Shown: piece after piece, positions 1 through 8,886 of the stretch
How positions within the stretch are numbered: position 1 is the stretch's first letter
Layout of the letters: each line of letters opens with the position of its first letter
Origin: Oculatellaceae cyanobacterium bins.114
GTDB taxonomy: Bacteria; Cyanobacteriota; Cyanobacteriia; Elainellales; Elainellaceae
DNA: 22,120 bases
Direction: 5' to 3'
Assembly (NCBI GenBank): GCA_033764315.1
Contig: JANRJA010000069.1
Coordinates: forward strand, 1-22,120
Notes under the pieces: generated by a model
Seen by the model: the letters and a program-made list of their open reading frames with translations, nothing else
The model's database searches: none
What the model was told of the DNA's origin: nothing
Position numbers and translations under genes: made by a program

Positions 1-550
1 CCCCCAAAATGGGTGTCAACTCGATTGCTAGAAACAGTCAAATCTCGACAAATATAGGTAAAACCTCGTTCTAGCCCTTCAAATTGCTCTAGATCAAGCC
101 CCAATAGGTCTAGAAACTGCCGTTGGTAGGTTGATTCGGCCAAGGCATAGCGATCGATTAATATCTTTTCATGATGAGCATTTAAAAATCGCAATCTGGG
201 TAAACAATCAAATACAAAGTGATAGTAATTATTGGCACTTCCTAGTAAAAAACAAGAGCGATCGATAAAAGCTGTGTCGTAATGCTCTAGCAAAATATAA
301 TTGTGGTCTTGATAGGAATAGTGACCCTTAATATAAATAGAATCTTTGGCATCATAGACATTCAAAAAGCAATCAGCAATGCATTGATTGTGATTGTCTA
401 CAATGAAATATTCTTCTGGAAAAACCTTAGCTAGAATCAGGTCTTTCACAGTACTCTGGGTCGCTGGCAGAACTGAATTTTCTTCAGCCCTAGAGATTTG
501 GTGGAGCCAAGTAATGGGATGAATATTGATATGCATCGTTAACCCAAGCA

Positions 551-610
551 AATCATATTAGTTTGAATCACATTGGTTTGAATCACACTAGCTTGAATCA
601 CATTAGCTTA
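551..610. repeat. 4 x 15-bp imperfect tandem repeat, consensus AATCACATTAGYTTG
   Basis: Units read directly: aatcatattagtttg (551-565), aatcacattggtttg (566-580), aatcacactagcttg (581-595), aatcacattagctta (596-610). Confidence 0.95.
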
Positions 611-656
611 CTCAACCTCAGTAATAGAACCTCATCAAACTCAATTCAGAATTCGG

Positions 657-740
657 GTTTCGACTCCGCTCAACCCGCTTTGAGAGAGATTTAGAGCGTT
701 GAGCGGCTTGTCTTGGAGCGAGTCGAATGGGAGTTGAAAT
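657..740. repeat. REP-like palindromic dispersed repeat with a nested 25-nt insertion in its right arm
   Basis: The left arm gtttcgactccgctcaac (657-674) is the reverse complement of gttgagcgg (698-706) + agttgaaat (732-740), with 2 G:U-type mismatches. The interrupting 707-731 segment (cttgtcttggagcgagtcgaatggg) carries a related gagcgagtcgaa motif. Confidence 0.75.
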
Positions 741-853
741 GCATCTTAGAGTGAATGACATCAACCTACTGATTCCTCTGAATATTTCTCTAAATTAAAG
801 TTTGAATAGAGAGCAACTCAAAATAATTTTCCTGCTAGAGCAAAAGTCCCTAG

Positions 854-1750
854 TTAGCTATTAAAGGCTTTCAGGAACTTCCGGATCAATCCAATCGTCA
901 CAGCAGGTAGTTCTAGTTGAGGAGTGAGTCCAACGTCATCGAGCACCTCTAGGAACCTCACCGCTTGAGGATTCATAGCGGCTAGACGACGTCCGATATC
1001 AGGACCTGTAAATTGCGATTGTTGTCCCCAAATTATGCCCGTGGGAACGGTCAATTGTGTAATGTGCTGTGCTAAATCAAAACACAAATCTCCTCTAACA
1101 AACGATAGAGCACTATAGTCTGCATTGGGTTGTAGGGCAGATGTGAGGTACGCCTCTACAATTTCCTGAGAAATTCGGTTTGCTTGGGCAAACTGCCGCT
1201 GTTCCAGAAAGTTGCGAATTCCAAATTCGGTCGCGATGCCTGCTTTATAAAGCAACCGATCTAGCACTGGAGTGCTGACCAACTGAGCAAAAAAGCTGCG
1301 CGTGTAGTCATTCCCAAAATCAGATAGACCGGATGGGGTTGTCAAAATCAAGGCTCGAAAGAGCTGAGGATGGGCGATCGCCACTCGAATGGTCAAGGCA
1401 GCGGTTAACGATGAGGCAACGACTGTCACAGCTTGATTGCAGGTAGCTTCTAAAAACTCACGAATCGTCGTGAGATAGTCGTCGATCTGGTAATTTCGCG
1501 CAGGATGGTCTGACTGCCCCCACCCGATCAGATCGGGTGCCAGGATGCGGTATTCACTGGCAAACGCCGGATAGACCTTTGACCACTCATAAGCAGATGA
1601 GCCGCCCCCAAAGCCGTGGAGAAATACCAGGGTGTGTGGGGCAGTCATATCTGGGTTTTCTTCCCAGGGAGCCGCTTCAGCGGTGTAATACACCATCTTT
1701 CCCAAACTCGTGGAAATAGAGCGACTGCATAAACCAGCAGGTTGCAACAT
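854..1750 (-). CDS. Alpha/beta hydrolase fold protein (Abhydrolase_1/6-like), possibly non-catalytic
   Basis: 298 aa. LVFLHGFGGG and APDLIGWGQSD motifs, nucleophile elbow ASSLT, IIWG strand and C-terminal GLTPQLE. Confidence 0.9.
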   Translation of the reverse strand: MLQPAGLCSRSISTSLGKMVYYTAEAAPWEENPDMTAPHTLVFLHGFGGGSSAYEWSKVYPAFASEYRILAPDLIGWGQSDHPARNYQIDDYLTTIREFLEATCNQAVTVVASSLTAALTIRVAIAHPQLFRALILTTPSGLSDFGNDYTRSFFAQLVSTPVLDRLLYKAGIATEFGIRNFLEQRQFAQANRISQEIVEAYLTSALQPNADYSALSFVRGDLCFDLAQHITQLTVPTGIIWGQQSQFTGPDIGRRLAAMNPQAVRFLEVLDDVGLTPQLELPAVTIGLIRKFLKAFNS

Positions 1751-2388
1751 AGTAAATCCTAGATTCTCTAAACAATCCCTAGCCTAAATGGAGAGATTGC
1801 AACATAATAAAAACTGTAAAGGAATAATGAACTAGGGTGTCGTTAAGTTAAAGTTTTGGTGAAGTATTTTTTCCCAAGTTCAGGTTAATCCTGGAAAATG
1901 CTTCATTAACCCAAAACTCCATCCGGGTAGATTTTCGAGAAAGGGTGCATTGTGGACGCCTGAGTTCAGGCAAATCAGGGATAATACGAATGAGGGGCTA
2001 GACCCCGCACGCAGAAAAACAGGGTGAGTTGATTTACTTTTCAGGGATAGCATCGACATTGCGTGTTGATTAATCTATTGCAGTTGGTCAGCATTGACCT
2101 CACGTCGAGGGCGGAGTTGCGATCGCCACTGATCAAAATACAGCGTCTGACGGTTTTTTAATGTTCTACACCTGTGGTTGTCTTTGCACTGATTGGGAAA
2201 ACTTTTCCCAAAAATGTCCGGATGCTCAGTTGGCTTGACTGCTTCGGTGGGTAGTGCTTTATAAACTAAGACTTTACAACTACGTAAATTAACCCAGTTC
2301 TGTATAATTAAGCACATGATGCTGATTGTGCAGCGGGTGGCGAGTCTTAATAAGCCAATCAGCTAAGAGAAGCATGCTTGGGGGATCT

Positions 2389-2973
2389 ATGACGAAGTTA
2401 CATCAGCAAAAACTTGAACACACGCTAGTCTCAAATCAGCCTCAATTGTCTGAGGTCAAGTTTGCAGAAGCTCCTACTTCCACGCCATTCCTGGTGCAAC
2501 CTGTGGATGAGTGTGGGGCTGAATTGGCAACTCGCCCATTGCCGACCTGTGTTCGGCTAGATATGGAAGATCTAGAATCCTTTGAGGTGGTTCACGATCA
2601 ATTCAAAGATTTGGGAGTAACTTTTACCAATGCCGTGGCGTTGACGCCTTCTAATCCGGCTTATCCGACTCGTTCTGGCACAAAGGTATTGATTGGTGCT
2701 CCTAGAAGCGGTTGGTTAGAGGCAACTTTTTTGAAGCCAGTGCGGTTTGTGGGTGGGTTTGTCACGAGTTCTCGTTGTGCTGTGTTAGCGGCCTTTGATC
2801 ACAACAATCAACCTGTGGCTCAAACTAAAAGCTCGGCTGCAAACCTGGCTGTTGCTGGGGCTAAAGTGCCACCCAACGTACAACTAACTTTGAGTGGTGA
2901 AAATATCCACCGCATCCGGTTTTATTCCTTTGATGGTCAGATGACGGTGGATGAATTTAGCTTTAGTTTTTGA
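2389..2973 (+). CDS. Hypothetical protein (low-complexity N-terminus plus predicted beta-rich C-terminal domain)
   Basis: Open frame 2326-2973. ATG at 2389 follows a GGGGGA SD-like sequence and is preferred as the start. The protein-like C-terminal domain ends QMTVDEFSFSF. Confidence 0.75.
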   Translation: MTKLHQQKLEHTLVSNQPQLSEVKFAEAPTSTPFLVQPVDECGAELATRPLPTCVRLDMEDLESFEVVHDQFKDLGVTFTNAVALTPSNPAYPTRSGTKVLIGAPRSGWLEATFLKPVRFVGGFVTSSRCAVLAAFDHNNQPVAQTKSSAANLAVAGAKVPPNVQLTLSGENIHRIRFYSFDGQMTVDEFSFSF

Positions 2974-3046
2974 GCGGTTTTGCCTTGTCCCTTGACTTTT
3001 AGGGGTGAGGCATTTGGCAAATAAGCTTTGTCTGACCGCTAACGCG

Positions 3047-3802
3047 TTACATCAAGCCTTCTTGCTCAATTTCTTCAATGACCTGCAAGCCACGAGGGTC
3101 GCCCACTTTCAACATAGAGAGTTTGGCATCTTCGCGCACTCCCATCTCTTCATCTTCGGCAAATGCTTCAATGAGGGCATCGATCGCCGTTGCATAGACG
3201 ACATTAGACGGCAGTTCTCGACACAGTTGCCCAACCGACCAGGCACAGTTGCTGCGAACAGCGGCAATCGGATCTTGACGCAATGCCTCAATCAGCGGAG
3301 GAATTGCACTAATAATGGCGTCATAGCTCACCTCTGACATTTGGGCTAGGGCACTAGCTGCCCAGAGCCGCACGGCTGAGATGTCGGTTTTGAGGGATAG
3401 GATCAAGGGTTCCAACGAACGGCGATCGCGACAGTTGCCCAATGCCCAGACAATGCCTTTGCGGACATATCCATTCCAGTCTTGGTTGAGTTGGGTGATC
3501 AACGGCTCAACTGCATCAGAACTGGGGTTGCGCCCTAACGCGTAGGCTGCGCTCACCCGAATCAAAGGGCAGACGTCGGTCAGTAAAGTAATCAAATAGG
3601 GAATTGCCCGCTCGTCTTCTAGTTCACAAAAAGCACGAGCAGCTAACATGCGTTGTTGGTTGTCAGGCGCATCTAACAACACCAGCATCGCATCTGGATT
3701 GGGTTTTGGTACCTCTGCTGCACTGGCATCTCCCATTTTGTCTAATGGGCTTTCTAAATCCAGGTCAGCATCCAATACACTTAAGTCGTCATCATCGTAC
3801 AT
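3047..3802 (-). CDS. HEAT-repeat (PBS lyase HEAT-like) protein
   Basis: 251 aa. Repeated helical units: VRVSAAYALG-like (IRVSAAYALG), VRKGIVWALG, VRLWAASALA, VRSNCAWSVG. Acidic N-terminus. Confidence 0.92.
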   Translation of the reverse strand: MYDDDDLSVLDADLDLESPLDKMGDASAAEVPKPNPDAMLVLLDAPDNQQRMLAARAFCELEDERAIPYLITLLTDVCPLIRVSAAYALGRNPSSDAVEPLITQLNQDWNGYVRKGIVWALGNCRDRRSLEPLILSLKTDISAVRLWAASALAQMSEVSYDAIISAIPPLIEALRQDPIAAVRSNCAWSVGQLCRELPSNVVYATAIDALIEAFAEDEEMGVREDAKLSMLKVGDPRGLQVIEEIEQEGLM

Positions 3803-3865
3803 ATTGCCACTTTACAGCAGATTGGGAGACGCGGGGTGAACGGGATTCCTCCCTTTTAATGGGGA

Positions 3866-5272
3866 TTATTCACATTGTCTCAAACGCCCTAGTAATAACA
3901 CGATTTCATCTATCGCTGGGCGTACTGTTCTGACGGGTTGGTCGAAATGATTGAGGAGGATACTAAACGCCAGGGGTGGATAGTTAGGAGGATCGAGATA
4001 GCCAGAGAGAGCAGCCACTCCACTGAGTGCTCCGGTTTTGCCTTGCAACCTGTCTTGAACTGGAGTGTCTCGAAATCGATTTTGCAAGGTTCCACGCACA
4101 CCTGCGATCGCCAGAGAATTGCGAAAAACAGTTGCATTGGGCGATCGCGCCATACCTCTGAGCGTTTGCACCAATGCCTCTGGAGTCACCTGATTGTGGC
4201 GAGAAAGCCCCGACCCATCCGCCAGATCAATGCTTTGAGGATCGACTCCCAAACGACTTAAGGTGGTTTCTATTGCGGCAATGCCACTGGCTAAGCTGTC
4301 TTCGTTGGGGTTGGTTACGGTTCCGAGCGATCGCAACAGTGCTTCAGCATAGAGGTTGTTACTGTTTTGATTCGTTTCAATCAACAGTGTGGACAGGGGT
4401 TGTGAGAGCACAGCCGCCAATTCAGGCTCAGGGGTTACAGAAGGGGTCGGGGCGATCGCTGTGCCTGCAACCGTGATTTGGGTGGTATTGAGAATGCGTT
4501 GAAATCGCTGCAAAAAATATTGAGTGGGGTTTGCAACGGCACGTTCCCCAACTGCGTTTTGGTTCAAGATCAGGCTGTTAGCGGGCGCACCATAATCAGT
4601 TTGAGTGTCTGACCATTCCCAGGTGGAATTGATCAATTCACCTTTGAAATAATGATCATCCACAATCAGGCGATCGAGGCGAGTGATGCCTCGTTGACGC
4701 AGTTGTTGAGCCAGTTGTTGGAGTTGAACCTCCGTCAAACTTGGATCACCGCGTCCCACTACACGAGCGATCATCCCCGTTTGAGAGGGGACTTGATACA
4801 CCGAAGTGCGAATTTGAAAATTGGCTCCTAATCGTTCGAGGACAGCCGCCGTCGTTAAAAGTTTGGTATTCGACGCGGGAATAAAGAATCGCTGTGCTTC
4901 TTGAGCAAACAGGGTTTCCCCGGTGTCTAACCGTTGGACTAAGATGCCCCAGCGAGATCGTTGTAGACCCGGACGGTTGGCGATCGCCCCAATCTGAGCA
5001 GGGAGTTGAGCCGGACAGACGCCTGTCGCCTGGGCTGTCAGTTGGGGTTCTGGAGCAACTGATGGAGTTAGCCAGGGTTGCGCTTGAGCAGGGGCGATCG
5101 CCCAAAAACTCAAACAACTGCCTAAAAAAACACCTGTGTACCTATATCTCTGCTTTCTGGTGAAGATTGAGCGGGGGAGGGGGTGGCATCCTCCACGGGG
5201 TTGGGGCTTGTCAGAGCCACGGTCTCTAGCAACAGGTGTCTTGGCTAACCCAAACACGCACTTTACTCTCAT
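3866..5272 (-). CDS. dacB: D-alanyl-D-alanine carboxypeptidase/endopeptidase (PBP4, peptidase S13), short form
   Basis: PASNTK (SxxK), SNNLYAE (SxN), DGSGLS and GKTG (KTG) motifs. Signal-peptide-like segment ending APAQA. The start overlaps the upstream stop (ATGA, 5269-5272). Confidence 0.93.
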   Translation of the reverse strand: MRVKCVFGLAKTPVARDRGSDKPQPRGGCHPLPRSIFTRKQRYRYTGVFLGSCLSFWAIAPAQAQPWLTPSVAPEPQLTAQATGVCPAQLPAQIGAIANRPGLQRSRWGILVQRLDTGETLFAQEAQRFFIPASNTKLLTTAAVLERLGANFQIRTSVYQVPSQTGMIARVVGRGDPSLTEVQLQQLAQQLRQRGITRLDRLIVDDHYFKGELINSTWEWSDTQTDYGAPANSLILNQNAVGERAVANPTQYFLQRFQRILNTTQITVAGTAIAPTPSVTPEPELAAVLSQPLSTLLIETNQNSNNLYAEALLRSLGTVTNPNEDSLASGIAAIETTLSRLGVDPQSIDLADGSGLSRHNQVTPEALVQTLRGMARSPNATVFRNSLAIAGVRGTLQNRFRDTPVQDRLQGKTGALSGVAALSGYLDPPNYPPLAFSILLNHFDQPVRTVRPAIDEIVLLLGRLRQCE

Positions 5273-5646
5273 GAGAGCTTTTCTTCTAACGGTTTACAAA
5301 AGTCACTGATTCCCGTCTTGAGGGCAAACAGCACAATGGGAACAGCGAGTTCAACCGAGATGCCTGCTTCAGTGGTGAGCGATCGCACAGCAACGGCTAC
5401 CTGACGGGTTTCCAACGCAGCTCTAATAGTCGTTCCACACAAGACAGTGCGCCACCGTTTTGCCACGCTTTCGAGCCATTGGTCTGAGCGATCGGGTTCT
5501 TGTCCGGTTCTCAAGGCGAGTGAGATCGCGGCATCTTCTAAATCTCCATCGCAATCCTCAACCATATCAAAAGCATGTAAGGCATCTGCGTCATCGGCTA
5601 AGGCAGCGCGATATTCGACCAGTTCGTCTGCTGTCAGAATTACCAT
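5269..5646 (-). CDS. Small acidic hypothetical protein
   Basis: 125-aa ORF with ATG start and a GAG-containing SD-like sequence. It sits 20 bp after the upstream gene and has a 4-bp overlap with dacB. Confidence 0.8.
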   Translation of the reverse strand: MVILTADELVEYRAALADDADALHAFDMVEDCDGDLEDAAISLALRTGQEPDRSDQWLESVAKRWRTVLCGTTIRAALETRQVAVAVRSLTTEAGISVELAVPIVLFALKTGISDFCKPLEEKLS

Positions 5647-5666
5647 GCCTCACTCTCGGATTAAAA

Positions 5667-7010
5667 TCAACAATTATCTTCATCTAGAGGATTGTAAACC
5701 CCTCTTGAATAGTGTGATAGCATCATTATCCCTTCATCAAACCTCAACTGTGGCGATTTGCTTCGCCTATTTATCCAGTGGCACCGATTCTCTTCTGACT
5801 GTGCTTGCGAAGGCATCAATGTCGGTTGTCGATAGCGCACCCGCGATCGCACGATAAAAACGATGAGAACAACTCCAATCAACAATCCTGTACACAGGTA
5901 GTTGACCCAACTTAATTGCAATTGCCCTAGATAGTGAGAGCCAATCAAAATACAGTGCGTTACTGCCAACACCAACGCTGGAACTGCGAGTAAATGGAGC
6001 GATCGCCACAGGCGACCTAAGCGTTTCTGTGCTCCATCAAAACTGGTGCAAGCAGCAGGAGTCATACATATCAGGGCGATCGCGCCAGCAATAATACCCC
6101 ATTGATGTTGAGGCAGCATAAAAGTGAAGGCATCTAGATTCCAACCCCAACTATGTTCTAGCATGTGCAGGGTGTGCACCAGAGACAACACAAACGCACC
6201 CACCCCCAAAACGCGGCGATAGTGTAGGGGGTGTGCCCAAAACCGACTGATCGGGCGGGCGATCAACGCTAACACCAGACAGAGCAAAGCTCCATGCCCG
6301 GTGTAATCGGTCATGGTATCCCCCGTTCGCAATAGGGTGAGGATGCCAATCAATAAGGTTATCCATCCGCCCAAACGAAATAATTGACTGCGGCGATCGC
6401 GGCTCATCAGCCCTGTAAAAACGCCCACACCTAACAAGGTAGGTGCAGTCCCCAAACCAAATGCCAGCATGGTTGCACCTCCCCACCAGGGGTTGCTAGT
6501 CTCAGCCGCTTTGATCTGTGCTGCATACAAAAAACCACAGGGCACCAAGCCCCACACCAGACCCAACAGGGCAGGAGTCCACCAGTGCGATCGCAGCGAT
6601 AGTTTTAACATCAACTGACTGAGGCGATGGTGCAGCCTGCCCTGAGCTAGAGGATGGGCGATCGGCAAGTGAGGTAACAGAGTTGGGCTAATCTGAGCCA
6701 AGCCAAACCAAATCAGCAATATGCCTGTGATGATGGCCATCAATCGTCTCAAATCACTGCCGATGCCCGCCATTTGACCCCCAGCTACCAAGACTGAACC
6801 GAGTGCGCCAATGCCAACCCCCACTAGGGCATAGCTCACGATTCGCCCCACATTGAGCAGTCCGTGAAAATAAAGCTGTCTCACCCAGGAGGGCTTTGAC
6901 TCATCGCCTTGCGACAGGGAAAAAGCCGCTGTGATGGGGCCACACATCCCCACACAGTGACCAAAACTTCCCACAAAACCAAGGGCTGCGATGAGTAACA
7001 GATCTAGCAT
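5667..7010 (-). CDS. Membrane protein: DsbD_2 (TauE/SafE/UreH-like) domain fused to a ferric-reductase-like/MsrQ-like transmembrane domain
   Basis: N-terminal GHCVGMCGP and GLVPCG motifs with ~6 hydrophobic helices. The C-terminal half has RRVLGVGAFVLSLVH and TSFDGAQKRLGRLWRSLH...VTH, resembling MsrQ heme-ligand helices. ATG at 7010 (MLDLLL) is preferred over 7031. Confidence 0.85.
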   Translation of the reverse strand: MLDLLLIAALGFVGSFGHCVGMCGPITAAFSLSQGDESKPSWVRQLYFHGLLNVGRIVSYALVGVGIGALGSVLVAGGQMAGIGSDLRRLMAIITGILLIWFGLAQISPTLLPHLPIAHPLAQGRLHHRLSQLMLKLSLRSHWWTPALLGLVWGLVPCGFLYAAQIKAAETSNPWWGGATMLAFGLGTAPTLLGVGVFTGLMSRDRRSQLFRLGGWITLLIGILTLLRTGDTMTDYTGHGALLCLVLALIARPISRFWAHPLHYRRVLGVGAFVLSLVHTLHMLEHSWGWNLDAFTFMLPQHQWGIIAGAIALICMTPAACTSFDGAQKRLGRLWRSLHLLAVPALVLAVTHCILIGSHYLGQLQLSWVNYLCTGLLIGVVLIVFIVRSRVRYRQPTLMPSQAQSEENRCHWINRRSKSPQLRFDEGIMMLSHYSRGVYNPLDEDNC

Positions 7011-7138
7011 GATCGCTTTGATAACAAGCACTTCATTTTAGCGTTGAAGCGCAGGAGAGAGCGTGAGGGAAAATAGGAAGGATCAAAGATGAAATGGTTT
7101 TTGCATGCAGGAGTGAGACAGGGTAGGGTGAAGCGACG

Positions 7139-8812
7139 TTAAGGAGCGAGTTTGATCTCTTGTTGAATGGGTAAACCTTTCAGCAAGTCTCGGTCTTCGC
7201 TGACATGTGGAAGTTTTAATTGAGCTTCAGCCATGCCCTGTTGCAACATCCGTTGACGAAGAATCGCAAAGCTGCCGGGTTCTAGAATGCGAAGGCGCGG
7301 CAGTGGAATCTGGTCTCGCCGCTTGATGCCATAAAAAGTATGAACTTCTTTTAAGGTGTCATCAAACAGTTGTAGAAATTTTTTGGGGTCTTGCAGCGTA
7401 TGACCAGAAGCCAGTTCTATATTTACTAGATAGGGTGCTGGAATGGATTCTTTAGATAGTGTGAGGCAAAATTCTTCTAGACCGATGTTTAGTGTTTGCT
7501 GTAAGATTTGCATCACTTGAATCGCATGAAACTCAGTTGTCTTTTCAGTGGAAGACGACATCACTCCACCTCGACGGTGTTGAAAGATAACGAGTGGCGT
7601 CTGTTCAAAAAAACCATCGATTTTAACAACATCACCTAAGTCATAGCGATAAAACCCTGTGTAGTTGCTCATCACAATGCGATAGCGATCGCCTGTCTGC
7701 ACTTCCCACGGGAGTAGTGTTTTGGGATATTCCACATCCCATTGATCTTCAGGGATAAATTCAAAAAAACCGCTGTCGATCGCCAAAATCGAACCATCTT
7801 TATTGAAGTCTCGATGTACCCCGATCACCCCTTCTGCACAGGCATAGGTGCCGCCAAAAATAGGAACATCGCCAAAATAGTCTGGAAATCGCTCAAAGTA
7901 GAAGTTTGACGTGCCGCCTCGGGCTGTGACGATGAAGGACAGATCAGTCCAGGCATCTTTAGGAACGAGCCGTCCCTGGGTTTTTAAAATGTGGCGCAAG
8001 TGTGCGGCTCGTTCTGGCAAGGCGTGCCACTGGCGTTCTAGTTTGAGCCGCAGATCTGGCTCTAGTTTTAACCAGTGTGCAATTTCTCCCGTTTCCAGGT
8101 CGTCAATCAAGCTGCTGGCATAATTCTCTAAATAGTCACACATCTGCACGGCTAAGACTGGAAACGTTGCCGCAATGATTCTGAGGTCGGCATCGCGCAA
8201 GGCAAACAAGAGACAAATGTAATACCGAGTTGCAGTATCGGAGATTTGAACCGCTTCAAATGGATAGGCAAAAATTTGGCGATAGGCCCTATCTAACCGC
8301 AGATCACTCGTGCTTCCAGGTGCAAAGGGGATGCCTCCTTTAGTGTGCCCCAACGGATTGACCGACAGGGGAAGCAACATTTTGCCCAAGGGACGCTGCT
8401 CTCGCCTTAATGCATCTGCTGCAAATCCCATAGCGATTCGGCTGGCTTGGGAGCTACATCGACGGGTTTGCTTGGTCACGGGAATCATCTTTTGAGGACC
8501 CGTTGAGCCACTGCTGAGATTGACGTAAACGAGCGGCTCTGCTGTCAAGATATTGGTTTCACCGTCAGCCATTCGCTTGGTGTAGGGATCGTAATAGCGA
8601 TAAGACTGGACTGGCAGGCGATCGCGAAATTGCTCAATGGTTTTGATCTCAGATAGGTAGTGTTGACGGCCAAATTCAGTGTTTTGATGAGCTTGCAAAA
8701 GCGATCGCAAAAACCGCTGCTGAACGTCTTCTATCCGTTTGGTGTGGCGAATAAATTTAGCCTTTGACTGCCGAGCTAGGGTAGCCAGAAGTGACAGAGC
8801 CAGGTTAGTCAT
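7139..8812 (-). CDS. GH3 family acyl-acid amido synthetase (adenylating enzyme)
   Basis: GH3 motifs SSGSTG (P-loop-like), YACAEG and YRYDLGDVV, plus GFFEFIP. The likely start is ATG 8812 (MTNLAL); the frame is open to 8851. Confidence 0.92.
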   Translation of the reverse strand: MTNLALSLLATLARQSKAKFIRHTKRIEDVQQRFLRSLLQAHQNTEFGRQHYLSEIKTIEQFRDRLPVQSYRYYDPYTKRMADGETNILTAEPLVYVNLSSGSTGPQKMIPVTKQTRRCSSQASRIAMGFAADALRREQRPLGKMLLPLSVNPLGHTKGGIPFAPGSTSDLRLDRAYRQIFAYPFEAVQISDTATRYYICLLFALRDADLRIIAATFPVLAVQMCDYLENYASSLIDDLETGEIAHWLKLEPDLRLKLERQWHALPERAAHLRHILKTQGRLVPKDAWTDLSFIVTARGGTSNFYFERFPDYFGDVPIFGGTYACAEGVIGVHRDFNKDGSILAIDSGFFEFIPEDQWDVEYPKTLLPWEVQTGDRYRIVMSNYTGFYRYDLGDVVKIDGFFEQTPLVIFQHRRGGVMSSSTEKTTEFHAIQVMQILQQTLNIGLEEFCLTLSKESIPAPYLVNIELASGHTLQDPKKFLQLFDDTLKEVHTFYGIKRRDQIPLPRLRILEPGSFAILRQRMLQQGMAEAQLKLPHVSEDRDLLKGLPIQQEIKLAP

Positions 8813-8886
8813 GTATCGATGTTTGAGATGATGTTGGAACGACCTTATCAATTAAGAGAACTGTAAAGAAAACTGTAGTGCCGTGG

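Noticed and set aside
1..500. AT-rich stretch as a gene remnant or foreign DNA, including the palindrome caatca-N9-tgattg near 370-390
   Set aside because: There is no ORF of 60 aa or more and no mobile-element hallmark. It is most simply regulatory or intergenic DNA for a gene outside the window, and the short palindrome is not significant in AT-rich sequence.
551..610. Possible CRISPR array or iteron origin
   Set aside because: The units are contiguous 15-mers without unique spacers, and there is no cas or rep gene in the window.
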